Shown here: in pieces, positions 1 to 12,989 of the stretch
Numbering within the stretch: the first letter of the stretch is position 1
Layout: every line of letters starts with the position of its first letter
Assembly (NCBI GenBank): GCA_964247055.1
Contig: OZ176055.1
Location: 868,001-932,000 of the forward strand
DNA from: Paragordius varius
Lineage: Eukaryota; Animalia; Nematomorpha
DNA: 64,000 bases
Direction of reading: 5' to 3'
Made by a program: the position numbers and the translations under genes
Notes under the pieces: model-generated
What the model saw: only the letters and a program-made list of their open reading frames with translations
Databases searched by the model: none
Told to the model about the DNA's origin: nothing

Positions 1-114
1 AAAACGAAGGGAAAGGATTGGAAAAGCGTTTTTAGTTTTGGCCGTAATAAGAAGTCAAGTAACGCAGACGGTTCTAAACAGTTAACAATCAATAATAAAT
101 TACACGAGGAATGA
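1..114 (+). CDS. 3' terminal part of a protein-coding gene entering from the left edge (product uncertain)
   Basis: Frame 1 is open from base 1 to TGA at 112-114: KTKGKDWKSVFSFGRNKKSSNADGSKQLTINNKLHEE*. It is more GC-balanced than the flanks. WKSVFSFGR loosely recalls the WKSIFNLGR motif of CdGAP-family RhoGAPs (weak). Confidence 0.45.
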   Translation, partial: KTKGKDWKSVFSFGRNKKSSNADGSKQLTINNKLHEE

Positions 115-1628
115 TGAACATGCATTGCTCTTAATTGATACTATTGTAACAGTTTTTAATTCCCATTATTTTTATATAGAGATCATTTAAATTCGTTCTG
201 TCTATTTATTGTCAACTAAATTTTTACGTCCATATACAAATTTATCAATTTTTAATTATTAAACATTAGTTATAGTAGTTACGCTGTTAAATAAATATCG
301 TAATATATTTAATTTAATCTGTTTAAGTTACAAAACCTAAGGACGATTGGTAACGCTTTTTGAGTATATATATATATATATATATCTGTTTAAAATATTC
401 AAAGATCCGCTATTAAAAAGAACATAAAATTTTTTTGAAATGAACTTGTGGACCAGTTTCAAAGCCGTTTTTAGAATAAAATATCGGAAAAATTTTCATG
501 GCTTAATTAATTAAATTATTTTAAAAAGCTTAAAACCTCCTTATTTTTCAAACATTTTTTTATCCAATAAATTCTGCATAAAAAAATTCTAAATTATAAA
601 CAGCCTTACTATACAATTGAGTTGTTGCTGCTTATTTCACCGAGAGGAATGTGTACATAGACTATTGAAATTTAATTTTGAATGAGCAAATTAAATGATT
701 TAAAATTATTGCAATGCTATTTGATATGAATGAAGAGTGTCCAAAAATGTCTTAGAGCCGTTTTGGCCCAAACTAGCGGACGCACAACTAGCAATAAGTT
801 TGACATGTCATCAAATTATTAAAATTACGATTAATTAATTATATATGATAATTAGGTGTCTTTTTTCAAAAAATATTTTTTTTATTACTTTTTGTCAGTA
901 TATATAAATTTTTTATTGTAATATATTGAGATAAAACAAATCGGTTTGGTTTAATCTCATGTATATGAAAAGCCTTCCAATACAAGTCATTTGCTATTAT
1001 AGATTTGATTTACATAATAGATCGCCAAAAGCTTTAAAATTTAATAATATATCAATGTCCAAATCAGTTTTGTATAAATTGAAACCATATAAATATATTA
1101 AAAAAATGGGACATTTATTACAGAATTTTTTAGATAAAACATCGCGGAATAAAAAAATAGATGTTGCAATTTTTTCGCTAAAATTGCAAATAAAAAATAA
1201 ATCTTAATGGTTTTTCTCTTTAATTATAATAAAACCAATATTTTCATGTGCTAACATATTTCTTGTTAAAGCAATTTCCATACGACAAGCAATAATACTG
1301 TATATCACAATATAATACTGTAGTTATATACCTAATGAAAGTTATATATAGGTCATTTCGGTTTTTAAATGGTTAAAAACTCACATGTCTATTTCCATAT
1401 ATGCGATTTTTCGTTTTCCATTTTTTCATATTGTTGAGAAAAAATACCGTACAATTAAATATGCAATTAATAAAATAAAAAGACATGCAAATTAAATCCC
1501 TTTTTAGCCATTTGAAAACAGAAATGACTATAAAAAATCTCTCGTTGATGTACATATAGAGCGGGGGTTTTTACTGTATGTTTATAATTTATTTTTTGGA
1601 ATGTTTGTTCATTAATATTTATCTCTTA

Positions 1629-1810
1629 CAGTATGCATTTTAATGGCTGCTTATTTCAGAGTACACTATAGTAGTGCAATACAGTAGTGTATGGAAAATA
1701 GGAAAAGAAGTATTTAACATTTTGTAGTGTTTTTTCCATACATTACTATGTAACTTGCAAAATGCCCTACTATTATGGTGTAAAATTAGCAATCATTAGA
1801 CTGCATACTG
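1629..1810. mobile_element. Small MITE (CAGTATGCA...TGCATACTG termini); related copy at about 42149-42371
   Basis: Terminal inverted repeats with TA on the left flank, and internal inverted arms. The 42.2 kb copy shares gcttatttca, tttttccatac and tgcatact blocks. Confidence 0.55.
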
Positions 1811-3191
1811 AAAAACATGCAAAATCTTTACGAAACGCTCTAAATTTTTAAATTTTATTTTTTGTTTAATATATATTTAAAAAAATCCATTTCAAATGTA
1901 ATCAACATTTTCTTTACCTAAATTTAATGGAATTAATATTCAGTAATCTTTAAAGATTCTAATTTTTCTAAACATGTTGCCAAATATTTTATAATTTTGC
2001 AATATTTAGCGACGGAAATATAGGGGTGTTTTTGAGCTATAAATTTAAATTTTTGCGAAAATAATACTTATTATTTTGAAAACAAAAACTTTTACATTAA
2101 ACTTATTAAGTGCCAAAAACCAGAAAAGGCATATTTTTGAATTTGGTGATATATACTCTGTGGTTACACCAAAATGCGAATCATACTATTATTTGACATA
2201 AAGATATATGTTCAAAGGAAACCTACTCTAAGAGACTATATGTCATTTAAAATAGATCATCTGTTTTTTATTGACCAAATTACAGTGATGAATCATTTTT
2301 CGTTCGGAATATTATTTAAATTAGCTGAAAAAGTTTTATGTTAAGGGCAAAGTTATAATCTAACAAATTTTAAAATAAAAATTAACAAAACGTAAATATC
2401 CAAATATTCATTAATAAATTAATATTTATAAATCCAATTTATTGAATCATTTCCTCATCACAGTAAAAATCTCAAAGAGTTTTATTCCAAAATTATATTG
2501 TGTTTTCCAGTTATCTACTTATCTTCACATTAAATGAGCCCTTATTTAAGGAAGGTGTTGTAGTATTGTTTTGAATTTGCAAAATTACAGTTAAAAATGG
2601 AAATTATACAGACAAAATGTAAAAATATAATATTTTTTTCAAAAGACAATGTGATATTATGCTTTTTTAACTTGATTTTTTTAATATAACTCATTGTACC
2701 GCATTCATAGTACAAAATAGAGATGTAAATACGAAACTCAATCAATTATATATATTACAATTGTAATTAAATAGTTTATAATATAGGAAAAATTTTATAA
2801 AGTAGAGGATTTTCTTTTGGAAAAAATATGGTTGTCTTTTAATAATTTTTTCGTTTTGTCTTTTGTATAATACATTCAAAATAAAAATTATACGCAAACG
2901 TAAAAATATGTGCATAAATATCTTTAAAGACAAACAAACTCATACTATTTTAAACCTTATTTATTCCCATATACAAAATAATTTATTACAATTATATATA
3001 AATGATAATTGATTGTTTTACGATGATACATCTCTATTTCATACATTATTGCAATTTTAATCAGTTCTTAATATCGGCCGAAAAAGTCAATGTTTAACAA
3101 AGTGAAATTGTCTTTTTTGGGCAAAAAATATGGAGTTTTGTCTGTATAATTTCAATTTTTATCGTGTGAATATCCATTATTTGTCGCGAGT

Positions 3192-6100
3192 TTATATTAT
3201 GACATTTTCTGATTCAATCATTATCTCATCGGAATCATCTATATCAGGGATGGGATATCTTAATATTGCAGCAATTCCTGTCAATTGATCCAGCTGTTCA
3301 CCTGAAACGTGAAGGCTTGAAAAAAGGTGAACGCTGCCTCCATCCTTACGGACATTGTCAAACAGGTTGACACATTTTTTGCGCATGGTTAAATCCTTTG
3401 ACCTGTGGGTAACAAAAAAAGGAAAGATATTTTACATAAATTATGTAAAAATTGATACTTTTATCATATTTTGATAAGATAAAAAGAGTTAAAGAGTTTT
3501 ATAAAACAAAAATGTTTAATTGAATTCATGAGATTTTATGGTAATAGTATAATACGGACAAAACGTAAAAATATAAAGACAAATATTTTTATCTAAAAGA
3601 CAACCACCATAATTTTTAGAACCTTATTTTTGATTGTGTTAGTAATATATATATTATATATATATATATATATCTCTCTTTTTCATATGCCATATAAAAC
3701 AATAAGTTATATTGAAAATATGGTTGTCTTTTAAGAAAAAAAAATTTAATATTTTCACGTTTTCTCCGTATAACTTCAATTTTTACTATAATTCGTCAAT
3801 CTATACACTTTTATATCACATTTTTAGCCAAAATATTTCATTTTAATTCCTTTTTGCTAACTCAAGATTTCTCACCTTAAAAAACCACGAATTTCAAAAT
3901 CCATAGTAATGGATCAATCTATACACAATTATATCCCATTTTAATCCTAATATTTTATCTAAAATTAAATCAATTCTTTTTTTCGTCTTCTAACGTAAGA
4001 ATTCTCTAAAAAAACAAAAATTTCAAAATCCATAGTTATTCATCAATATCTCTACACTTTTATCACATTTTTAGCTAAATATTCCTTTTAAATTAATTTT
4101 TTTCCTCCTTTCGAAGATTATTCACCACAAATTTCAAAATCCATAGTAATTTATCAATCTCTACACACTTTTACATTATTAGTCTCCAACTATCCAATTT
4201 AAATCGATTCTTTCTTCCTTCTTTCTAACATAAGATTTCTCACCTTAAAAAACCACAAACTTCAAAATCCATAGTAACTTATCAATCTCCACACACTTTT
4301 ACATTTTTAGTCTCCAACTATCACATTTTAAATCAATTCTTTATTCCTTCTTTCATAAGCTTTCTTACCATAAAAAACCACAAATTTCAAAATCCATAAT
4401 AATTCATCAATATCTCTACACACACTTTATCACATTTTTAGTCTCCGACTATTTCATTTTAAATCAATCTTCTTTCTTTCTTCTTCTGAGGGATTTCTAA
4501 CTTTAACCTAAATTTAACCACACTTTTATCCTAAATAATTCAAATTTCTTTTTGGGTACCTAAAAAGCGTGTCACTCATCAAGAGAGTTTCTATGGCTTG
4601 AACGTCGTTTGCGCGTTCAACATGGGCCAGTCCATAGTAAGCTCGATCAGCATCACACTGTAACATAGTTAAAAACGATTGGAGGGCCTTTATTTCACTG
4701 GCAGCTTTGGTGTCGCTCGTTAGGGCTATAACCCTGGGATCTGATAATACTTCCTTTAAACTATGTTTGAACCCCGAAGAAGAATGTACAAGAAGGAATT
4801 TATGACGATTTTCACCCAAAAGCTTAGCGGGATCAATATTGTTGGCATTGGCATTTGTATTTGTGACTGATGGAGATTGTGATTGGGAGCTATAGAGTAA
4901 AAAGAAATCTATAAAAAAGTAGTAAAAAGTTAACGAATAAACTCTCAAGATATATAATAATTAAATTTTTAAGTTATATAAATGGCTAGACAATTAATTT
5001 ATTAGATTGCTAGTGAATGAGCTTTGTTTTATAAAGGTATTTTAATATTTTTTCCTATAGCTCTCAGAGTGTAAAAGGAATAAAATACAGTAATAATTAA
5101 GGGCATATAATTGGGTGATTAGGAAATATAATTATTTTTTTCCCGAATCATAATAGCACAACTTAATAAAAATATAATTAGTTTAAATAGTACATTTAAA
5201 CATATGCTTAAATTTAAATTTTAGCAAAAATGTAATTAAATTTTTTAGTTATTTTTATAAAAATAAATCACTTTCAATATCCTAAAAGTTTCTCATTTAT
5301 AATTGCGAAATGTGAAATAAAGTACGTTAAGTTGTATCTTTACAAATATAAATGCGCAAAAATTAGGATATACCCGCTAAGTAATGGTTAAACTTTACCA
5401 TATATTGCAATATGCGAAAATAAATTTATTTCTTAATAGTGGCATATGTTATCATAAATTTACATATACTGTAAAAAATAATATTATACGGACAAAAGGT
5501 AAAATTATAAAGACAAATATTTTTTCAAAATGACAACCATACTTTTTAAATTTTAATTTTTTCAAATATAACTCATTAATTTACACATTAAAGTATAGAA
5601 TAGAGAAATGTATTGGTAAACAATCAATTACATATTTTACGATTGTTAAGAATTAATTAAGAGTTGAAAAAGTATAGTTGTTTTATTAAATTTGTCTTTA
5701 TATTTTTACATGTCCTTATAATTTCAGTTTTTACTGTAATTGTTAAATAATATCTTTAGGATTTATTAAAATTTACCGTCTTAACATTATTTATTCAGAT
5801 AAAATGTTAGAGTTCCATTTAAATATCAAACTTATTTTCTCACATAATATTGCAAAAATAGTCGTAATTTATAAACTTTATTTACTTTTAAAAAAAATTT
5901 ACTACTTAATAATATACTGACATTTGTTCCATTTTTTTAATTTATAAAAACTAATAAATAAGATCGAAAGAATGAGTTAGATATAAAATTAATTTTACAA
6001 TTGTAAAAAAAATTATATATTTATTTTTCAAATCATAGTTATTACCTAATATTTGTGGCATTGGAAGCATTTTTAGCTGGGGAAGAAAAAGCTGTATGTG

Positions 6101-9100
6101 GGGATTGTAACATATCTACATACACATATAAATAAATATTTAAGAGTTTTTTACAAAATATTTTATTTACAAGTTTTTTTCAAAGCAAAGCAATTATATA
6201 AACCATTTACAGTTCAAATTCCCACTATTGAACAAATCAAATTCACCCCAAAAAACAATTCAAACTCACCCCATTGAATAATTCAAATTCACCCTTGAAC
6301 AATTCAAACTCACCCTATTGAACAATTCAAAGTCACCTTAAAAATAAATTATGTGTTTTCAAACTAATATAACTCATTATTAATATGAATTTTCTTAATG
6401 GCATAGTTTATTATTTTTTTAGTATACTATTCTAATTTAAAACAAAATTTTTTGTTTTTAAAAATATATAAATATAAGTAATTTTTAAATCTTAAAAAAC
6501 ATATATTTTATTTGAAGGTGAATTTGAATAAATGGCATATTCTATAAACCTTTCAAATTTTTTTTGCTCATTAATAAAGTTTTTAAAAACAGCATTGAAA
6601 TGGCCAAAATTTTTTAGAGAGAATGTACGATTCCCTACAAAATAAAATAATTCCTAATTATATATAAAATAGGTATAAGTTATTTGTGTACGAAAATAAT
6701 TAATATTAAAGCCAGGCATTTCTTTTTAATAACTCAAATAAATATTTAAGATTGCCAATAAAATTACAAAATAAATCAATCTAACAAAATATTTTAATTG
6801 AAACACGTCAAAATCCCAAAAATTTAACAATAGCAAATTAGTTCGTCATATAGGCACATATAAATATTTTATTAGTAAGTTAACAACTAAATACATAGAA
6901 AAGGACGAAAAAAATTATACAACCAAAAATTCTCAAAAAAAACCTTTAAAAATTTATAAGTTCGGAAAAAACTTATATAACCAAAAATTTCTCAAGAAAA
7001 ACCTTTTAAAATTAATAAATTCCCCCGCTCCCCCTTCCACCCGAAAAAAATCAATCAAAATCCAACTTTTTTTAGTGTGAATTCGAATTGTTTAAGGGTA
7101 AATTTGAATTGTTCGAGGGTGAATTTGAATTGTTTAAGGGTAAATTTGAATTGTAAATGGTATAAATAACCCCAATATCTACAAGGCCAATCACAAATGA
7201 TTGTGGTAAAAAACCCCAAAAAACCTACCAGAAGCTATTAATAAAGAAGTGTTGTTGTTACTATTTGAGCTTGCTTTAGACATCATATAGGTGAAGAATT
7301 GATCTTTAACGAAACCTGGGCTAGCTATAAGGACACATTTAACCAAATCGAAATCAATGTGTCTCACAAGGGCAGTTATAACTGAATCATAGAATTTGGC
7401 TATGGCTTTATCGTACTGTGCACTCATACCTATGGATACATGTTTAGAGATTTAAAGTCTCTAAAAAAAAGTTTAAAAAAAAGTTTTTTTAAATGAAACG
7501 AATTCCGGTTTATAAAAGATATTAAAAGGCCTTTCGCTGACAAATAATCTGAATTAAACTATAACCAAGATCAAAAGTTATTTAGTGCAATGAATAAAAT
7601 TATATTTAAAATAATAAATTTCGAATTTTATCAAACTCTTTGGAGTTACTCTATATATACAATATTAATAACGACCATATATCTTTCATGTTGAAATATA
7701 GAATATAACATATATACAAAAAGAGTTATTAAAAAATAACTTACAATAACATATTCTTTAAAAAATTAAAAAAAATATATATATACCTTTCCGTTTTTTA
7801 GGGATGTTTTGTTCAATTTTACTCCTGACAAGTGTCATGTTTGACGTGACTAGACATATATGAGCTAAGCCCTCTTGCATTATTATAGCGGCTAAATCTG
7901 CCTTTTTACTGACATCTGAGGCTTTATCTATGCGTTCAAGAGCCACAGAATCCCAATAATCTTTTCCTAAAGCAATAAATTTTTCAAAAAACATATTACA
8001 ATGATATCAAATGCCATCAACATTATTTAAAAATCTTCAAAGTGTGACCAATATTCTTGTGCTTAGCTTACTAGTTATATTATAAGGCTTGTTAAACCAT
8101 AATTGTTGATTACTGAAAACTTGTTCGACATCCTTTCTATAACACTAAAGGTACCCTTAGTTTTAACTCAATATGTGAACTTTAAAATTATTACTATTTT
8201 AATTCCTATTAATATTTTCTAAATGCGGCGCTTTCATCAAAAAATTGTGCTAAAAAACATAAATTTTTATTTATATAAAAAATTAATTATTCAATACTTT
8301 TGATAGTGTTAAAGCTAAGTTTTTATAGCTATATATATATATCAAACTTTTAAATTAAAATTTCATAAAATAATTAAAATAACTAACCTATGGTAAATTT
8401 TCTGTTTAGTTCCAAATCTAGCGTATGATAACCGCCCATTTTAACATACGGATTTTCTTCAACGTTTCGGCCTTTAACACGTAGGACACAGGCTTGAGTA
8501 TCGAAATCTGTTGATTCGACACATATGGTTAGGGTTGTTTTAACGCGACTCACATTTATTGATCCTACAAAAAATTTTAAACTATAATTTTGAATAATTT
8601 TGAAAGTTTTATCAAAAAAAGCGGTTTCATCATGTAAATTTGGGAAGAGTGAATTCTACATTAAATTGGTAATAAAATAATCTTACCGTTATTATTTTCA
8701 CATAGTGACAAATTTTACACTTTGGCCAATATGGATATGGCTCTAACGCAATTAAATTATTGTGATATATAAATGCTAATCCTTATTTACTTTTTCTTTT
8801 ATTTAGGATTATCTAAATCAGTGGTACTCACCAAAAAAATTTGACGGGCCAAATTTAATATATTTTTTTTCGAGGGCCATGAACTTTATAATGACAAATA
8901 TCTTATAGCTATTAAACACATATGCACATATTTAAATTCTACATCAGCACAATGAAATTTTTGAGGATCGCATGTAAATCCGGCTAAAAAATCGTTTTGC
9001 ACCATTTAGTTTAAATTAAAATATTTTGATAACATTATTTTGATATTAACCAATAAGTGACAAATTTGGTTTCGGTTCATGACAGGCCAATCTTAATATG

Positions 9101-11467
9101 TCGTCCATATGATCATCTATTAAGCAATTTTTGTATGTATTCTTGACATACTTCATTTTTGAATATGCCGTTTCACACGTGTAAGTTGAGGGGAAAACAG
9201 TTAGGATAACTTGAGCACATTTTTTAATATATTCATATTTATTTGGCACATCTTGCAAAAACTCTACATTACTTTGCGATTCACCTTGAATATAGTCTCC
9301 ATATTAGAATCATTTTTAATATCTACAAATTTTTCAATGATAGCACCTGATCAAAACCGAAATGCGTTGCTTAATATTGGTATCCATATGCCAGGGATTT
9401 TCAACGAATTGTAAGCAATTTTTAATATTTTTTAATTCCTGAAATCAGAATTTCATCTCATTAGACAAAATTAAATTGTCTAGGATTAAATTAATCTCCA
9501 TTAGCGAATTGGGTTATTATTCCCTAGACTTCTATTTAAAATACCAAGTTTATAAGTAATGTCACAAAGGTAGGTTAAAACCCACCATTTGTCACTATTA
9601 ATTTCCCGTCAAACTTTCTTTATTATTAATATTGACTGTCTTAAAACAAAAAATCTATTTATAGTTTGCTAAGGCTTAACCATCTCACAGTGGTATACAA
9701 AAGAATATCATCAAACTCATTGTGGATATCTTTCAGAGGGTTTTTTAATTTACGGAAGTAGAATTTACTGCCCCTGTGGTTTACTATCAACCGTTTTAAA
9801 TTACTGAATTGAGGATTCATCTTTTACACGCGAAACCAGGTTTTGCTGGTGAATAAAGCAGTGAATTGATCGAATATTTTGCGAATTATATTTGTTTTTC
9901 AAAAGAATAATAAATTCTTTTCCAATCATAGAGGGACAGCCATCTGTGCAGAGGGAAATATACCATTATTATCGAAAAAAATGCTAATTATTCAAGAAAA
10001 TCACTCTCTTTCGTGGTATTATATATTGGTAAAATTTTTAAACTCGTTCATTATGTTGTCGATGCAAAATCTCACAAGAGCACACACTGAGGAGCTGAAC
10101 TAATATCAGTGCTAAATCAATGGCAATAATAAAATATTTGTAATTTTTCAGACCCAATAAATATATTTAAATAATGCGTCAAGCACATGTTAAATCAGAA
10201 AGTTGAAGTTTTTTAATTTGCCTCATGATTTGATCTTTACTATGGAATTTATCAAATAAAAAAGTGCAACCATTTATTAGACATTCTTTTATTAGTTGGC
10301 AATCAGTAAACGGTTTTATATTTTTTCCTAAAATATAGAAAATTTCATACGAAGCTAATGTTACAGCTTTTTCCTAGGAGAAAGCTATGGACTTAATAGA
10401 TTTTTCTTCCTGGTATAATTCTTTAATCTTTTAATAATTTTCGTTTCTTTACACATGATTTTCTGGTTTGTGAGAATATGTATTGTAAAATGTCTTTCAA
10501 TAAGGTATTTTAATTATGTTGTCCTTACATATAAGATAGGGGACTTTATTAAAACGACAAAGAATTTTTCTCATTCTCTTTTTAAAAGGAATGATTTTCA
10601 AAGAATAATTTACGTTTTTCAGGATGTCATCCTTTGTATTTATGTTTAATCAAAAAGAGGTAAATAATTTGATTGCTAAAAAAATAGGTCGAAATTTAAT
10701 GATGTTGATTTGAAAAATATTAATGGAAATGAGTTATTAAAAATGATGCAGGATAGCAATGAAAAGAATATGTATATGCATGTTTGGGTGAAAGGATTGC
10801 TTAAACACAAAAAAGAATGCAATAATTTCAAAATAGAAAAGAAAAAAGAACGCAGAAACAAAAAGAACGTGTACCAAAATTTTTAAATCATTTTAATGTA
10901 GGAAAATTTTTCTACATTTTAATGTAGGAAAATTTTTCTACATTTTAATTTGAGTAAAACTAAAATTAAATCTAATTAAATAAATTAATATTGAAATAAG
11001 CGAAAATCCGATTAGTATTTTAAAATTTCTACAATAAAAAAAATAATTTTAATAATATGGTCATAGGGCAATTTTAAAGCACTCTTAGGGCCGCATGCGG
11101 CCCGCGGTTTGAGTATCACTAATCTAAATTTTGCTACATATAAATTGTTTATAATCATATACCTTACAGTCGTATTTCAAAATATATAGCATCCTATACC
11201 AAAACATTCCGTGCGAATTTAGGTAAAAAACAGTATTAGTTAATAAAAATCGCATAATAATTATGTCTTAACAATCTTGACCTATTTTAGCCAATTTAGA
11301 TAATTACCTGTAGCTGTTTCCTGATGAACTTTTCGTATGGTTGGGGCTTTTAAGGTGTCGCCCTCAGTTATCAAATTGTAAGCATGCCACATATCTTCAT
11401 TTTCTTCGGCGATCATAACTATGGTGCCTTTACGATCCCTATCTATTGCACGATGTACTATTCTCAT
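3192..11467 (-). CDS. pelo: Protein pelota homologue (Dom34; ribosome rescue, eRF1 family), 7 exons, about 442 aa
   Basis: Exons 11467-11308, 8564-8388, 7966-7787, 7429-7229, 6115-6046, 4889-4560, 3402-3192; all GT-AG, phases consistent, 1329 nt in total. Motifs: EDMWHAYNLI, KMGGYHTLDLE, MQEGLAHICLVT, ASPGFVKDQF, HSSSGFKHSL, FSSLHVSGEQLDQLTGIAAILRYP. Confidence 0.96.
3785..4500. repeat. Tandem repeat, about 120-130 bp unit, 5-6 degenerate copies, in the last pelota intron
   Basis: The anchor caaaatccatag/taat recurs at about 3895, 4025, 4135, 4263 and 4389, each followed by tcaat...acacacttt...tttaaatc..ttc..agat..tcacc blocks. Confidence 0.85.
5469..5736. mobile_element. TA-target MITE family A (about 230-290 bp, about 100-bp TIRs CAGTAAAAA-TGAAATTATACGGACAAAA...); at least 15 copies in the window
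   Basis: Well-bounded copies at 5469-5736, 14180-14410, 29328-29577, 35322-35568 and 58592-58872 with TA flanks. More degenerate copies near 2.4-2.9, 3.5-3.8, 15.4, 16.1, 33.4, 37.8, 38.7, 40.6, 41.0, 41.6 and 63.8 kb. The TA TSD suggests Tc1/mariner-type mobilisation. Confidence 0.85.
6203..7160. mobile_element. TA-target MITE family B (CCATTTAC...GTAAATGG termini, subterminal ~20-bp GAACAATTCAAATTCACCCT repeats); this copy carries extra internal sequence
   Basis: Inverted termini and tandem subterminal 20-mers at both ends. Other copies at 30691-~30957, 32846-33196, 34605-34895, 36427-36684, 36978-37248 and 39860-40173. Confidence 0.85.
8819..11121 (-). mobile_element. Decayed hAT (Buster/SPIN-like) DNA transposon in pelota intron 1
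   Basis: Perfect 8-bp TSD ATCTAAAT (8811-8818 and 11122-11129, nnnTAnnn pattern). TIRs CAGTGGTACTCA / TAGTGATACTCA (reverse complement). Subterminal GGGCCGCATGCGGCCC palindrome. ORF remnant 9046-9258 encodes a hAT dimerisation-domain-like sequence (FPSTYTCETAYSKMKYVKNTYKNCLIDDHMDDILRL). Confidence 0.9.
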
Positions 11468-11534
11468 CTCAAAAATCTAGGGTTAACACAATCGAAACCA
11501 ATCATATGCCTTAATATTATTTAAATCTAAAGAC

Positions 11535-12783
11535 ATGTTGCAAGATACAAAAAACGCAAAATGTGATATTGATTTCAATCAATTGATCAACAAAGCCATG
11601 CACATCAAAAATAAGCTTAAATCTTTGAAAGAATTCGTAAAATTCCGATTTTAAATTCACGTTTTAGAGTAAAGATTTGCAAGAAATATCGGTCAACGAT
11701 GTTAAGGACCTAACTTTTCATAAATCGTTAATTTTGGAAAGCATTTATTTAAATCAACTTAAAGCTGAAAATCACGCTCTTAAAGAGGTATTATTTTATG
11801 GTTTAAAATTTAATTATAGAGTATCGAAGAGCACAAAGCAATCCTTGAAATTATTATGAAGAAATATCGTTTACAAATAACCAAAATGTTGGAAGTTAAT
11901 AAAATGATTAAACCTGATTGTAATCCTGTGGATCACTGTAAAGTAATTGTTTTTTCCTAAATTTGATTCAAAAAATTATATTTACCACATATATATAATT
12001 ATTTTAATATTATTATAATTTTTTAAAACGTTCAACTCGGGTTTTCTCTATTTTTTGGATGGTCATAAAATATTTTTTATTGTTTTGAATATAATTTCAT
12101 AAAAAATTTGTATTCAAGCAAATTAGTTGCTTATTTTTTATATTTTAATTATATAGTTTTTACATCTATAATCATTTATTATTTAATAAAAAAAAATTCC
12201 TATCATCTTTTTAAAGGCAAAAAATAAAAGGTATAAGATTATAATTTTATTAAAAAAACCATAATTTTTATTCTAATTTATCGCGTAACACTTTTAACTT
12301 TATATTTTACAATCTTAATTAGGGTTTATAAAAAATATATTGATTTTTTACTTTTTAAGATTTTTTTATCTTCAGAAAGTTGACATTTTGGCTCACAAGA
12401 TTGAGGATATGGCACGAGTTATGTCTAAAGCTGTTTCGTTAGACACAAAAATCCATATGTCAGATAATTCTGTCCAAAATTCGAAATCACCTCAAAAATC
12501 TCCGAAGAAAACTCAGTTAGAAATTGGAGCCTGCGAACAAACAAAAGATTCTTCAATACTATCTCAGCAACAAAGTTTTAATTATAAAACATTGTTGTAT
12601 GAATTGGATACATTAACACAAGAAAACGTTGAATTACGTATGTTACTTAGATCGTTTCCCCTTATAGCTCAGAAAAGAGTTAAATTGACTGAAAACATTA
12701 CTGGCCTGGACAAAAAGAGCAATCAAAATACTAAAATTGCTACAAATGGATTATTGCTTGAAAACGGAGCCAAGCATGATTAA
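11535..12783 (+). CDS. FGFR1OP2: FGFR1 oncogene partner 2 / SIKE family coiled-coil protein (STRIPAK-associated), 4 exons, about 250 aa
   Basis: Exons 11535-11636, 11668-11787, 11820-11942, 12376-12783. The spliced product aligns in register with remembered human FGFR1OP2: LINKAMHIKNKLKSLKEFSKDLQEI vs LIEQTTALNKRVEAMKQYQEEIQEL; QLKAENHALKESIEEHKAILEIIMKKYR vs ELQQENKELRTSLEEHQSALELIMSKYR; HKIEDMARVMSKAVSLD; LTQENVELRMLL. Confidence 0.88.
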
Positions 12784-12989
12784 ATGATATTAATGAATAA
12801 TTTTATACACGATATTTATTTAATAAATAGCATATGTTTTAAAAAGATAAAGTATATGGATTTAATAGATTTGGAAGTTTGTGGTTAAAATTTACCATTT
12901 TTCTGTCATAAGCAACATTTTCAACCATACGCAACATTATCGATTTCAAATGTAAAAATGTTGCGTTTGGTTGAAAAAAGGTTGCATTT

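Noticed and set aside
2284-2327. GTGATGA...CTGA resembling a C/D-box snoRNA
   Set aside because: Too short (about 45 nt), no terminal stem, intergenic.
6240-6340. Regularly repeated ~20-bp units resembling a CRISPR-like array
   Set aside because: There are no unique spacers. They are subterminal tandem repeats of MITE family B in a eukaryotic genome.
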